Of a stretch of DNA of 64,000 bases, positions 26,722 through 39,998 are shown one piece after another. Numbering within the stretch: position 1 is the first letter of the stretch; each line of letters opens with the position of its first letter. The stretch comes from Octopus vulgaris (Eukaryota). The stretch lies in the NCBI GenBank assembly GCA_951406725.2, contig OX597821.1:117428001-117492000 (forward strand). The letters are read 5' to 3'. The notes below the pieces were generated by a model that saw only the letters and a list, made by a program, of their open reading frames with translations, did not search any database and was not told where the DNA came from. The translations under genes were made by a program, and so were the position numbers.

Positions 26722-27782
26722 GTTTGTACATTGATAAACTGCTTTTCAAGGGTTACTTTTTTAAATAGCATATCTGCCTGTGTATAAGACGGGTTTTATT
26801 TTTGTCTTGTTAAGTGTATCAAAACATTGCTCTGTGTCCGATGCAGTTGGATTAAGTATTTGGGGTTGATTTAATAATAAGAATAAAGTATTAAAAACTA
26901 ATGATGATGAAATATTAAAAACAAGAGCACTCAAAGAGTGCAAACCTCTACCAAGGCAACACCAACGTCCTCTCAACGATTAGCCAGAGATGATTTTTAA
27001 AATGAGAATATCTGAAATAAAGTTGACTGCTCTCACAAACAAGAACACTAAAAATGAACCTGACTGCTCTCAAAAATTAAGTAAAAAAAAAGAGAGAAAA
27101 AAACAGGAAAAATAATCTAGAATCCTTTTTCGGTACCGGATCGATCCTAAAATCTAATCAGTGCCAGTCATGAGACCAAACCTTCCTGGAAGTTTCCATG
27201 CAGTGGTTCTTGAGATATCTTGTCCATGGACAAACAAACAAACACAACTGAAAACAATACCTCTGCCTTCGTTAAGGCAAAGCTAACAAGCCAAATTCCC
27301 ACAGCTATGAAAACTGCTTACAGTATATCAGCGGTTACAGTATATCTAGTGGTTACAGTATAGCTGCTTCACGATCATACATAACACTCACTTGATATGT
27401 GTCATTATTTAACGTTTATTATCTTAACAATTGTTTTTATAATCTAAATGAAAACTCTCCCAGAAAAATGAAAGGAACATTAAACTTTCATCTGCCTGTC
27501 GGGTATTTGCAGTGAGTGGATGAAAACAAAAACCACAATTGTGACGCATTACTCTGGTGGCCATTGATCACAGTAATACAAAATGTCACAGCCAGAAATA
27601 CGAGTTTTACATTCTGTATGGAAATTCCCTCGATCTAAATATAAACAGCTCTACAGCTGATCTAAAAAAAAGAATTGAAATTTGGTTCTTGTATAGGATA
27701 AATTTATGGTTTCATATTTTATCCCAGTAATTTGTCACAGCATTGTATTTCCATGCACATTTCCTCAACAAAACCACTTTAA

Positions 27783-27996
27783 CCCTTTTGTTACCATATT
27801 TCTGTTGAGATGCTGTATTTCTTTCAATTAATTTGAAATGTAACGAAGAATTTAGTAAAATAACTCAGTTATCATTAAGCTAGTGTTAGAAACATAAATT
27901 GTGACTAACTTTTGATGGAAGATTTTAACCTAGAACTTTTGAGAACAAGACATTTGTACTACAGAGGCAGTTTCAGCTGGGTTGGTATCAAAAGGG
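27783..27996 (-). mobile_element. piggyBac-type MITE (same family as 14344-14563, reversed)
   Basis: TTAA|CCCTTTTGTTAC...GTATCAAAAGGG|TTAA. Confidence 0.85.
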
Positions 27997-28131
27997 TTAA
28001 ACTATATATTTCAATAGATATATGATAAAACTTGCTAAATTTGTATTTTTTTCCTCACCAAATATACTTGTAAAATAGGGGGGTGTCTTGTGCAAGAGTG
28101 TCTCTTATTTACTGGTAAATACAGTTTTTAA

Positions 28132-29531
28132 CCCTTTCGTTACCAAACCGTCCAAAGCTGCCCGAAAAAATTTTTGGTTCATGTGACCAAGCCGCCCGTA
28201 ATTAGCTATTCATATTTAAATGAGAATATCAGAGCAAATCTCTTTAGTACATTCGTGAAAACACGTGATTATACTTCGTAAACAGTTCATCTACAGTTTT
28301 GTACAACGATCGAAGTGTAATTTTAATTCCGTGAATTTTGGGAGATTTTTTTCCGAAATTTGTTCCTATTGTGTTTTCAAAATTTGTAGTTCTGACAAAA
28401 AATGGATACGAATTTCATTATATCAAGCAGCGAGTCAGAATTCGAAGGATTTTCTACTGAAGACCTTCATAAATCTAACTCTATGACTGAAAAAAAAAAA
28501 AGCACGTGGTATTTGATAATGAATCCGATGTTTCATTTTCCGAAAATGAAAGCAGTGAATCCGAGAGTTCCGACAGCGATAAAGAAAATGAATTGGTACC
28601 TGAATGGAGTGAAAATTTAAAAACTGTTTCTTTCAGCGATTTTTCTGAAGAAACTGGACCAAGCCACAGTCTTTCCCAGGAGAGTAAAGCCTTAGACTAT
28701 TTCTTTTTACTTTTTCGAATGAGCCTATTTGAAATCATTACGGCGGAAACGAACTGTTACGCTAAATGTAAACAAAGCGAAAGAAAGGATAGTTTGTTGT
28801 TTCCCACAACCTTAAAAGAAATTAAGGCCTATTTTGCCATAAATATTATTATGGGTATCAGAAAGTTACCCATAAATATTATGGGTATCAGAAAATTACG
28901 GCGGAAACGAACCGTTATGCTAAATGTAAACAAAGTGAAAGAAAGGATAGTTTGTAGTTTCCCACAACCTTAAATGAAATTCAGGCCTATTTTGCCATAA
29001 ATATTATTATGGGTATCAGAAAGTTACCCATAAATATTATTATGGGTATCAGAAAATTACGGCGGAAACGAACCGTTACGCTAAATGTAAACAAAGCGAA
29101 AGAAAGGATAGTTTGTGATTTCCCACAACCTTAAATTAAATTAAGGCCTATTTTGCCATAAATATTATTATGAGTATCAGAAAGTTACCCAGAATAACAA
29201 ATTCTATAGTAAAATTTTGTTGTATACCCAATTGAATATTAGCTAATAACCCATTTTCTATAGCAATGTTTGAACAAAAATTTTAATAATTTTATATTTT
29301 GTTGAATTTACCTGTATCTACCTGCAATTAGAGTCACTTTGTGACAAAAATTATAGTATTGAATTGGTTGAGAACATTTCATTAAATTATCTTCCAAAAA
29401 TCACATTAATATATTGATAAATAAAAAAGTTATAGTTGTTTAATGAAACCAGACTAAATTTATGATTATGTTAGAAATTAATTGATACACATAAGGGGTG
29501 TATTTTGTTCAGAAATATAGTAACGAAAGGG
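28132..29531 (+). mobile_element. piggyBac internal-deletion derivative (1400 bp)
   Basis: TTAA TSDs at 28128-31 and 29532-35; perfect 12-bp TIR CCCTTTCGTTAC/GTAACGAAAGGG; transposase N-terminal remnant. Confidence 0.92.
28402..28973 (+). pseudogene. piggyBac (PGBD-like) transposase N-terminal fragment, frameshifted and truncated
   Basis: Acidic N-terminus then FSEETGP..ALDYFFLLF..IITAETNCYA..PTTLKEIKAYFAINIIMGIRKLP; no DDD domain. Confidence 0.8.
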
Positions 29532-29616
29532 TTAACAATACAAAGTTAATTTCAGCATGGTAACCTGAATAAATTGATCTTTAAGTTTTACCATTAAAAT
29601 AATATAGAAGGACAAT

Positions 29617-30181
29617 ACAGTTCTATATTTAAGAGATGAGGAATTATGTACATTATTTGCATTTGACGGATATTTATCGTCATCTTGTTTGTTGTTAACA
29701 CATGGAGATATTAATAAATTGAGTATAGCTGATCATGTATGGGAAAATGGAGACCACCTCCCCCTGTGGGATGAAGTTGAAATAATAGACGGAGAACACC
29801 AATGGAAAATACGAAAACTAAAAGAAGCAGCACATATGCTAAGACACAACAACCTCCTAAGTAGACCGAGTGCAGATGTGGGTAGCATATGGGAATCAGT
29901 ATTAAGGAAGGATAGGAAAATATTAGATTTATAAGCCCTAAAATTCACTCCATAATTGCCCACGGCCATATGGCATAGTAGTTAAGAGTGCGGGCTGCTA
30001 ATCCCAAGATTCCGAGTTCGATTCCAGGCAGTGACCTGAATAATAATAATAACAATAACATCAAAAAAATACCTTAGAACGAGAACCCATGTTCGAAATT
30101 TCCCCCCAAAACACCTGATGAAGGCTGGAGGGTATATCAACAAACAAAATGAGGCCAAATATCTGTCAAATGTAAATAATG
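29617..30181 (+). mobile_element. 5'-truncated Penelope-like element with inverted 3' piece
   Basis: 29617-29701 is an inverted copy of the element 3' end, followed by GIY-YIG ORF end, tRNA-like segment and hammerhead remnant. Confidence 0.85.
29701..29934 (+). pseudogene. Penelope GIY-YIG endonuclease C-terminal fragment
   Basis: SIADHVWENGDHLPLWDEVEIIDGEHQWKIRKLKEAAHM...IWESVL fits the PLE S.IA.H..H..W....I.D.E...R.LKEA pattern. Confidence 0.85.
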
Positions 30182-31029
30182 AATATGAAAGGATTTGAGT
30201 GTTATAAATAACTGTCTTAATTTTGTTTTAAATTTTAGTTTTGATGAAAATGGCTAAGTGGTTGTAAATAAAGACACTTTCTTCTGGTATGGCAGCTTTT
30301 GGAAATTGTTGAATCATTGTTGGGAAATGTTCTTGAAAAGAACTGATCTTGAAAACTGTTTAGTATTTACACTTATAATGTAATATAAGTGTAAATATAT
30401 GGACAATATATGGAACAATTTAATGCTGCTTCTATTTTTGTCCTATGTCTTCACTAAATATTATTTAGTTGGATTAAGTGGTCTGTAATATGATCATTGT
30501 ATTGGTAGGTTCATAGTTGTTCTACTCCAAATGATTCCTGAATATTTGTTATTAATCTTCTGCCCAGGTGTTTTATGCACATTAATTTCAGAAACTTAGG
30601 TTGAATTGAGATATTTGAAACTCAAAATTAGAATATAATACCATTTATATAGTAGTTCCTCTTTTTTTATTTGATTCTTTACTAGTTTTAATTAATCTCC
30701 CTATAATTAATGTGGCATATTTATCCTTTATTAGTAGATGTCATGACGTTTAAAATAATCATAAGTTCTTTTGCGCTATCTGCCTTCATTTTGTTAGGCT
30801 TGTATGTAAAAATGAAATTGCAATGAATTTTAGGAATAAATTTTTAAAACTATTTTATAAAACAAAAGTGTGCATTGAAATACAAATAAAATAAATCTTG
30901 GCTTAATTTTTATCGACAGTTTTTGCTATATTCTATCTGTTCTGAAATTCTGTTTCATGTAATATAAGTTAAAGATTTTGTTTTGTCTTCCGATTATTTT
31001 TGATGTTGATATCCATTGTTTTACTACAG

Positions 31030-31127
31030 GTGGTCGTAATGGATATGGTGCTAAGCTTTGTAACATCTTCAGCACAAAATTTATTGTAGAGACATCATGC
31101 CAGGAATACAAACGAGCATTCAAGCAG
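31030..31127 (+). CDS. TOP2: TOP2 exon (GGRNGYGAKLCNIFSTKF...FKQ)
   Basis: ctacag/gtaatg; ATP-lid motif GGRNGYGAK. Confidence 0.97.
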
Positions 31128-31384
31128 GTAATGTATTATGGTCTTTATTAAAATCCTTAGCTACTACTCTTAATTTTAATTGTATTTTACTAATTTGAAC
31201 TTATAGCGTTAAATTTCCACTTTAACTACAGTGTTGAACCAAATGATTAAAATTAATCATTGGCAATCTATTCACTTCATATTAGCAGTAAATGTTGTAT
31301 TTTTAAAAATTCATCTTGAACCTAACAAATTATTGTTTTCATTTGTAAAATTATATCATGCTGACTTTCTGAAGTTCATTACAA

Positions 31385-31678
31385 GCAGGCTACTCTGAGT
31401 TTCGCTGCAAACAATGCCACTTGAATTTCAACCATGTTTCGTGGTCTGCTACCACAACAGCTCCTTTATTGGATCCTGTTAGCTCAGGACATCATCAGGA
31501 GGAACCATGTCCGGTTTCGGCCCCTACTCCTCTACCGTTTTGACGTGACGGGGTTCCCCCCCTTTCGGAGCTGTCTTCAGCTCTGGTGTTGAGTGCATGT
31601 CTTCTTTCTTCTGTTCCCTGGCCTCTTTGATGTAGCGTCAACGAGTGTCAGCGGGCGACTGACTGCCTTGTCAAATTT
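31385..31678 (-). mobile_element. Decayed GC-rich retroelement fragment, probably another Penelope-like family
   Basis: Minus strand RYIKEA-like peptide, and CTGATGA (31492-31498) followed by hairpin GTCCTG..CAGGA; GAAA missing. Confidence 0.4.
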
Positions 31679-31800
31679 TCAAAAGTTACGCAATCAGAAT
31701 ATGGTCAAAATAAAAAAGAAAACAATAATTTAATTTTGTTTATTATATTACAACTTTTGTATAATAATATATATTCCCTTCTTTTTAAATAATTTTCTAG

Positions 31801-32013
31801 ACATGGACTGAAAATATGTTGAATGCTTCTGAGCCAGTTATCACCGAGTCTCGAGCAGATGACTTCACCGCAATAACATTTTGTCCAGATCTACCTAAAT
31901 TTCAATTGGAATCTTTGGACAAAGATCATGTTGCTTTGTTCTGCCGACGAGCTTTTGACATTGCTGCTTCAACTCGAGGTGTGAAGGTTATATTGAATGG
32001 TAAAAGAGTACCA
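31801..32013 (+). CDS. TOP2: TOP2 exon (TWTENM...FCPDLPKF...LNGKRVP)
   Basis: ttctag/gtaagt; 213 nt, phase 0/0. Confidence 0.96.
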
Positions 32014-32164
32014 GTAAGTTTTTTTTTTTACTTATATGTAACCAAATTTTAACCTTTATATAATAAAATAAAATAACTGATTTAAATCTCTGTTTAAATG
32101 CCAAAACCCAGATGACATCTTTTTAAGTAAGGCTGTAAAAATAGCATTGAGGAAATATTTTATA

Positions 32165-33183
32165 CTAGCTGAATAATCCATCGTTGCCAGGCAATATTTA
32201 CAATATAAATTTTTGTTTATTCCATGTCAGACCATGCCTCCCCCTACAAATAGGCCTCTTGATAGGACAGAGTTGTGCAATTTTTTGCAAAATACTCCAT
32301 TGAGGATTCTTTTCCTTTTTAAATTATTTACATGTCTATTTGACTGTTTCGCATGACTTTATTCATTAAAGCTTAAAAAGTTATTACAACTTTGGTTGTT
32401 GTAATGCTTTGCTTTCATTTTGTGATAGATAGCGATTATGCAGAAAATGCCAGCTTCCAAATCCTGTTTTCTGATTAGGTAAAATTGATTAAACTTTAAA
32501 CCTTAGTAACATTTTTCTGCAATAAATGAATGACAAAATCAGATTTAATGTGGAAAATTATTTCAATATACCAAATTTGAAAATTTTGACATAATTTCAA
32601 AATTTCCACAATATGTGACACCAACAGGTAAGACCCTACAAAAGTAGAGAGACAGACAGTTACTGGACGTATCACGTACACACAGGTAATCACGTTTAAA
32701 AGGTATTGTAGACATATGTATGTGTGTGAGTGTTTCTTTGCAATGGACAGTGGAAAAGCCACCTACCCCCTCTCAGCATTTTAAAAGTTAGTTGTGTGTA
32801 TGCGTATATCTATGTATTTGCAAAAGTATGTATGCAGTGTCACGTGTACATCCATGAATGACAGCTGTATTAATGTTACCATCCCACTGCCACTCCATAT
32901 TTTTCACTTACACAACGCTGTTCTCCCCTTCCCTGATATCGGCCACACTCACTATGCCATCACATTTCCCTCACACTAACACTCTTGCACCCTTCTCATT
33001 TTATCAAATAATAGCCAAAAATACACCCACTAGGGAGCCCATTATAGATTTTTATTGAAATCCTATGAGCTTATAATTGAACTGGATGTTAATTTAACAT
33101 GTATGCAAAGTTTTGTCAAGATTGGTTCACTGGCATAGGCAGCAAGATGGTTACAGACAGAACTTGGCCATTTCTGTATAAGA
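32165..33183 (-). mobile_element. Non-autonomous Helitron
   Basis: Minus strand A|TCTTATA 5' end; degenerate hairpin then CTAG|T 3' end; A-T insertion site. Confidence 0.75.
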
Positions 33184-34008
33184 TTATGTGGCTGATGGTA
33201 TGTAAAAAGCACTCGTGCTGGTTCCACATAGAAAGCACTCACTACACTCTGAGAAGTGGTTGGTGTTAAGAAGAGCATCCAGTTGTAGAAACATTGCCAA
33301 AACAAATGACCGGAACCTGGTGCAGGCTTCTGCCTGGCCACTTCCTGTCAAACTGTCCATCCCATGCCTGCATGGAAAATGGATGCTAAATGATAATAAT
33401 TCTGTTTTATATGTCATTGGTATCTTGTCTTGGCACAAGGCCTCGTTCTACTTGGCTAATTCATTTCTAATATGGTCTCAAGGCTTTTATTGTTTTATTG
33501 TCTCCTGAATGGTGAAATTTTGTTCTAAATAAAACTCCTGCTCTACGGTGTCTTTCAATTGTAGTAGTTGCGAAAATTAGATAATCCCACACAAGCTTAC
33601 TTATAGTATCTATCTAATGAATCATCAAGTCTTAGAATTCATAGAGATGGTTACTCAATTTCTTTGGCGGATAAGTGACCAGATGGGATGCCAGTCCATT
33701 GCAGGGTTACTCATTTACAGCTAGGGTGGATTGCACAGCATGGATTGAGGTCTTTTGCTCAAGAACACAACATACACCTCAGTCCAGGAATTGAAACCAC
33801 AATCTTGCGATTGGGAGTGCAACATCTGAATCACTACGCCACACATCTTCAGTAACTAATTAATATAATTTCCAAATCTGTCAATTAAATGCATCATTAG
33901 AAGTGAAATGGTGAGGCAAGATGTGTTATTTCTGCATAAATTTTCATTATTGAAGTTTTTCTTGTTTTTATTATTGTCTATTGATTTCTTTTCCTTATTG
34001 TGTTGCAG

Positions 34009-34182
34009 GTTAAGAACTTCAAGGACTATGTAGATTTGTATGTCAAAGACAAAGTTGATGATGCTGGTCAACCGTTTAAAGTGATATATGAATCTGTGAG
34101 TGATCGGTGGGAGATAGCTGTGACCATTAGCGACAGTGGTTTCCAGCAAGCCAGCTTTGTGAACAGTATTGCAACAACCAAG
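34009..34182 (+). CDS. TOP2: TOP2 exon (VKNFKDYVDLY...SFVNSIATTK)
   Basis: ttgcag/gtaaag; transducer motif SFVNSIAT. Confidence 0.96.
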
Positions 34183-34581
34183 GTAAAGTAATTCCAAAAA
34201 AGTCTGGTTTCGTTCATCATGATGGTGATGGTGTTCAGCTCCAGTTACCCACTGCGATCAAGTTGAGTGATGATCAAAGACACTCCAACCATGGCTCTCC
34301 TGTGTTTCTTCCTTTCTTCTTGTTGTCTTTCCTAGCCGCAGTTTATCTTGGATTACATTATCTTCTGTGACTCTAGATGGATTATGGCTGAAAAGTAGGC
34401 AAACAAACTGTATGGATGCCATAATGCATAGTTTACCCAATCGCTGGACTGTAGACCAGTACAGGCTGTGGATCATTTAGTACTGGGCCACCTGAGCCAC
34501 ACAAGAAGAGAAAGATTTCAAATTTTATTTCTATGTTATTGTCTATTGCAGTCTGCAGGGTGTTGTTGCATTATATATGCA

Positions 34582-34619
<38 letters not shown>

Positions 34620-35274
34620 TATGAAGACTGCATGGCCCATTGCTCTGTGATCATTTCGTCATCTGACATGTACCTGTACAGGTAATGTCTATTTGATGGA
34701 GGGAGGAAGCTTATACCTAAACAAACAGTTGATCACTATAAACAAATCATATGTGTGGTTGTTCGGTAAGAAATTATCGAACCTTCATATGTTGTCTAAT
34801 GACTGGAGAGTCCATCATACGCACACACACACATAATGATTAAATTGCATATACAATTTATTGTATTTTCTTGTGTGTGTGTGTGTGATCTCCTAGTCCA
34901 TGGAGCAAAAATGGTTTGGAGACTGTTGCCATAATTGATTGGGTAGCTGGTATCCATCTAACCAAGAAGTCAGTAGTTTGTATTTTGTATGCAATAATGC
35001 ATTGTGTTAGTGGCCATGATATGTAAGTCTCAAACTGGCTAAGTCCACCTAGGTGTCAGTTCTGACTTCATTTATTTTTGTGGGGGAAAAATTGTACTCC
35101 TCAAGCAGGCAATGACGAATTAGTGACACAATGTACCAGGAGAGCCTTGTGGGTGGACAAGCCACTTGATTCTCAGCCAATTTTTTTTAATCCACTGATT
35201 CTCCTGATTAACTCAAAATTTTGATTAATTAATCTTTTTGCCTACTTTTGGGTACCCTGTTAGCATTCATATTA

Positions 35275-35490
35275 CAAAGGGGTGCTGAAAAGTTCCTGGC
35301 TTTAAGGGTTTCACAAAAGGCCTGGCTGGAGGCCCAACCTTCCGAGTTCTTTTACAGGGCTTTGAAAAACTGAAGGACCATTGCAATAAGTGTGTGAATC
35401 TGAAAGAGGAATATGCTGAATAAAATAATTAAAACCGTTTCTGCTGTATCTTCTTTTACCCAAGGCCAGGAACTTTTCAGCATCCCCTTG
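35275..35490 (+). mobile_element. Mariner MITE with transposase C-terminal remnant
   Basis: TIRs CAAAGGGGTGCTGAAAAGTTCCTGGC / GCCAGGAACTTTTCAGCATCCCCTTG, TA flanks; internal LKDHCNKCVNLKEEYAE*. Confidence 0.85.
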
Positions 35491-35560
35491 TATATCTGAG
35501 AAGCTCAGCTAGAATTGCCAATGTTGGAGTGTTTTTAAATGTTACTTATGACATTTCCTA

Positions 35561-35976
35561 TTTTTAAAGGTGACCAACAGGTAGAATTTTTAAAGGTGAC
35601 CAACAAGTAGAATTTTTAAAGGTGACCAGCAGGTAGAATTTTTCAAGGTGATCAACAGTTAGAATTTTTAAAGGTGACCAGCAGGTAGAATTTTTAAAGG
35701 TGACCAGCAGGTAGAATTTTTAAAGGCGACCAACTGGTAGAATTTTTAAAGGTGACCAGCAGGTAGAATTTTTAAAGGCCACCAACTGGTAGAATTTTTA
35801 AAGGTGACCAACAGGTAGAATTTTTCAAGGTAATCAACAGGTAGAATTTTTAAAGGTGACAAGCAGGTAGAATTTTTAAAGGTGACCAGCAGGTAGAATT
35901 TTTAAAGGTGACCAGCAAATAGAATTTTTAAAGGTGATCAGCAAATAGAATTTTTAAAGGTGACCAACAGGTAGAA
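35561..35976 (+). repeat. 26-bp minisatellite x16 (TTTTTAAAGGTGACCA(G/A)CAGGTAGAA)
   Basis: 16 head-to-tail units of 26 bp, substitutions only. Confidence 0.97.
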
Positions 35977-36915
35977 TTGTTATCACTTCAGACAAACTGC
36001 TTAGCAGCATTTCTTTCGTCTTTATGTTCTGAGTTCAAATTCTGCTGCAGTTGACTATGCCTTTCATCTTTTCCGGGTCAATAAAATATGTACCAGTTGC
36101 ATACTGAGGGTTGATGTAATTGACTTACCCCTCCTCTGAAATTGCTGGCTTTGTACCAAAATTTGAAAGTATTTTATTATCATTATTTTAAAAGGCTTTG
36201 AGCTGGCAGAATTGTTAGGACAATGGGCAAAATGCTTAGCAGTATTTTGTCCATCTTTACATTCTGCATTCAAATTCTACTGAGGTCGACTTTGGCCTTC
36301 ATACTTTTGGGGTCGATGAAATTAGTACCAGTTATGCACTGGGGTCGATGTAATCAACTCATCACCCGCCCCCAAAATTTTAGGCCTTGAGCCTATATTA
36401 GAAAGATTATTATTATTTAAGGCAGTAAGCTGGCAGAATTGTTAGCATGCTGTGCAAAATGCTTAGCGGTATTTCGCCCATTCTGAGTTCAAATTCTGCT
36501 GAGGTCAACTTTGCCTTTCATCCCTTTGGGGCTGATAAATTAAGTACCTATTTCTTTACTACCCACAAGGGGCTAAACACAGAGAGGACAAACAAGGACA
36601 GACAAACAGATTAAGTCGATCATATTGACCCCAGTTGCATCCAAGTTGCATCCAGAGACCTCAAAATGCAGCAAATTATAAGTTCAAGGATGGTAGATAA
36701 CTGCCATGTTTATTTGGGGAAGACTGGTTAGTGAGAGGAATTTATGTATTAATTCTATATCCTGAATTCCAGAAAGATCTTGTTTTAGAACATGTACTTT
36801 TGTTAATATGTGAAGAAAGATTGTTTTAGAATTATATTGACGGTATTTTTTGTAGGATATGAGTACTACCTTTTGAATTTATTATTAATATTTATTATTG
36901 TCATTTTTATGATAG

Positions 36916-37017
36916 GGAGGTCGCCATATAGACCATGTCTCAGATCCTTTGGTCAATAAAATCATTGAAGTTGTGAAGAAGAAAAATAAAGGTGGTTTGA
37001 ATATCAAACCCTTTCAA
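36916..37017 (+). CDS. TOP2: TOP2 exon (GGRHIDHVSD...KKKNKGGLNIKPFQ)
   Basis: gatag/gtaagt; GGRH and K-loop. Confidence 0.95.
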
Positions 37018-37504
37018 GTAAGTTATGAATTATTTTGCATTGATAAACAAAAAAACACCAATTGTTTCTATGAAATAACTGTACCAATAATGCAATAAAT
37101 ATTTCTGGAATTTACTTCATTCAGTATAAACCCTTTAACATTAAGATCACTCTGTCAAGTGTCATGCTTATTATTTATTCAAGTTTCGAATTAATTATCC
37201 ATTATCTCATAACTTAGCTTCAAGATTCCCATGATGTTATTGTTTATTTTTAGAATGACATTGTAAGGTAGGTAAGAGAAGCTAGATCTTGCCTCTTTGT
37301 TTTGCTGGCCATCCCTATCTTCATTTAGGTGTCATCTCATCTGTGAGGCCCAATATCTTGAGATCTCATCTTTCTGTCTTTTCATCCAATTTTTTTTTCT
37401 CTAGTAGTATACACCATATTTTCGTTCAGTATTTACTATCAATTCATATTACTGCATGTTCCTATGTATGAAATTCTATTATTTTTCTCTTGTTTTGTCT
37501 TTAG

Positions 37505-37642
37505 ATTAAAAGCCACATGTGGTTGTTTGTAAACTGCCTAGTCGAAAACCCAACCTTTGATTCTCAAACTAAAGAAAACATGACATTGCAACCAAAATCC
37601 TTCGGTTCAAAATGTCAGCCAAGTGAGAAATTTATTACTGCT
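37505..37642 (+). CDS. TOP2: TOP2 exon (IKSHMWLFVNCLVENPTFDSQTKENMTL...)
   Basis: tttag/gtgagt; QTK loop ENPTFDSQTKE. Confidence 0.97.
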
Positions 37643-38703
37643 GTGAGTATTATGCACTTAATTATTATTATTTTTTTAAATGTTCTGGTTTCACTCAGAT
37701 TATTGAGATACATCATCATCACACAGTAATCTATTATTATTTTCATTTGTAGCTAGATTGTTGAAAATTTCTATTATTTCTGGATGTGTATGTGGTACCA
37801 GACTGAAATTGAACTAGGAGCCTTTATTTCTAGATAAGGAAAATATGGTTCATAATCTTCTTACCAAGAATTCATTATCTCACTATGCATTTAATCCTGA
37901 GATCTTCCTCAATTGTCGCTATAATTCCACTGCCATTGCCTGGCATTTCTATATCCAGCAGCTGACACCAGTGGCACTTTGGCTGCCTCTTCTGTACTCA
38001 TTGTTTCATGGTTTTAATATCCAACTCTAAATGCAAATACATCTGTTGACTTATGTGTTTGTAACGCTTTTTAGAATTTGAAATATATTATTTTCTACAT
38101 AAAGAAATAGGGCAAGTCAGGTGAAATTTTTTAGAACTATTAACTGAATGAATATTACTATATGCTACTGAGGCCTTGACCAGAGATACTTCTCAAAAGA
38201 CTTCATTTGATTGGAGACGTCCATGAAAAGAATTGTCATTTCCAATACTTGTAAAAGTTTGTGTTTTGGTATTCAGGAATTGAAAATTATACGAGTGTGA
38301 TATTCAGGTCAGATATGCTGGGGTATGCGCCATTGCTCTGCATTGCTGCATTCACCTTGTCATTATATTCCTGGGTCCTACTGGTTGACCTGTCAAGCAA
38401 AGTCCCAGTCAGTCCCCATCTCGCAGAGGTGGGGGACTAACTCCTTCTGCTGTGATCATGTGGCGTTTGGTCCACTAACATGAGCCATCAACCCAACTGG
38501 ATCTTCAGTGAAGAGATCACAGTAAGCAGGATCTGACTTGGAAGATCAAGCAACATGGCTAAACAGTCTGAGCTGGCTCTCCTGTCATATTAAATAGCAA
38601 TATATGTTTAGTAATTTAGTAGTTCAACTAGTGATTGATAAAAGTAATTTGAGTATATCAAGACATTATTTTCTGATTAGTGCTACATGTTTCTCTTTTC
38701 TAG

Positions 38704-39000
38704 GTGAGCAAATGTGGTATTGTGGAAAGTGTGATGAGCTGGATGAAATTCAAAGAACAAGCTCAGCTACAGAAGAAATGTCATAGCTCCAAACATTCAA
38801 AACTAAAAGGAATCCCTAAACTTGATGACGCCAACTGGGCTGGGACCAAAAATTCCAGTCACTGTACATTAATTCTGACAGAAGGAGACTCAGCCAAATC
38901 TTTGGCTGTAGCAGGTCTTGGAATTGTCGGTAGAGATTGCTATGGTGTATTTCCTCTCAAGGGTAAAGTGCTCAATGTTCGAGAGGCAACTCATAAACAG
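38704..39000 (+). CDS. TOP2: TOP2 exon (KLDDAN...LILTEGDSAK...FPLKGKVLNVREATHKQ)
   Basis: ttctag/gtcagt; TOPRIM motifs EGDSA and PLKGK. Confidence 0.97.
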
Positions 39001-39109
39001 GTCAGTATTTTTAGCCATAATTTTCCTTTTTCATTCAGTTGAAAATTAAAATTTTAAAAAAATTGTCATATATTATGTGCTATGTATGTGCATAGGTGTG
39101 TGTGTGAAA

Positions 39110-39328
39110 AGCCTGACTGATGACAGTCAAGGCTGATCTGGAACCGAACCTAGGCCCTCATAGCTATGGCGTTCGCCGCTGGAATAAGGAGTGGTTGGAG
39201 ATCACGTGGTCGTTAGCCTCAAATCGCCAGGTCTGGTCCGCGTTTGTGAAAGATGCAGCATTGAGGATGAATGAAGCCAGCTCAACCCACCCCGGGTGAA
39301 TGCTGTCTCAAGACAAGAAGCAGAAGAA
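39110..39328 (+). mobile_element. RTE-clade LINE 3' end
   Basis: MTVKADLEPNLGPHSYGVRRWNKEWLE..NRQVWSAFVKDA..ASSTHPG*; homologous to 17757-18027. Confidence 0.7.
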
Positions 39329-39343
39329 GGTGTGTATGGTGTG

Positions 39344-39378
<35 letters not shown>

Positions 39379-39761
39379 ATATGTGTATATAAGTGAAACT
39401 GGACGTATAACGTGTGTGTATATGCATGTGTATGTGTCTTTTGTGTTTGTCTTCCCTTCACATCATTTGAAAGGTGGTGTTGGTTTGTTTATATTCCTGC
39501 AGCTTAAAGGTTTGACAAAAGAGACTGATAGAATAAGTATCAGACTTAAGTACTAGGTTTGATTTGTTTGATTAAACCCTTCAAGACAGTACTCCAGCAT
39601 GGCCTCAGTCCAGTGATCCAAACAACTAAGAGATAAATTTCAGTTTTCTGCAAAACCTCCGTGTACCAAATTTTCTGTTCCATCCTGATTTAATGATGAC
39701 AAAAACATTTTATTTTTGTGGAGACACCTTGCATAACATGTTTTGCTGTTGTTGTTTTTAG

Positions 39762-39998
39762 ATTATGGAGAATGCAGAAATCAACAACCTGATCAAAATT
39801 CTTGGACTTCAGTTCAAAGAAAAATACGAAGACATTGAGAAGCTGCGCACCCTTCGTTATGGTAAAATTATGATAATGACAGATCAGGATAATGACGGCT
39901 CTCACATCAAAGGATTGATAATCAACTTCATCCATCATTTCTGGCCAAACCTTTTGAAACACAATGTTGTAGAAGAATTTATTACACCAATTGTTAAG
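39762..39998 (+). CDS. TOP2: TOP2 exon (IMENAEI...IMTDQDNDGSHIKGL...FITPIVK)
   Basis: ttttag/gtaagt; TOPRIM acidic DxD motif. Confidence 0.97.

Noticed and set aside
29964-30036. Functional tRNA gene (also 8364, 59913, 53810)
   Set aside because: Acceptor stem does not pair, anticodon differs among copies, and the sequence is embedded in repeats; treated as tRNA-derived promoter heads
31560-31585. CTGAAGA..GAAA on the minus strand as a hammerhead
   Set aside because: No stem II between the core segments
35561-35976. CRISPR-like regular repeat
   Set aside because: Head-to-tail units with no unique spacers, eukaryotic intron, no cas genes
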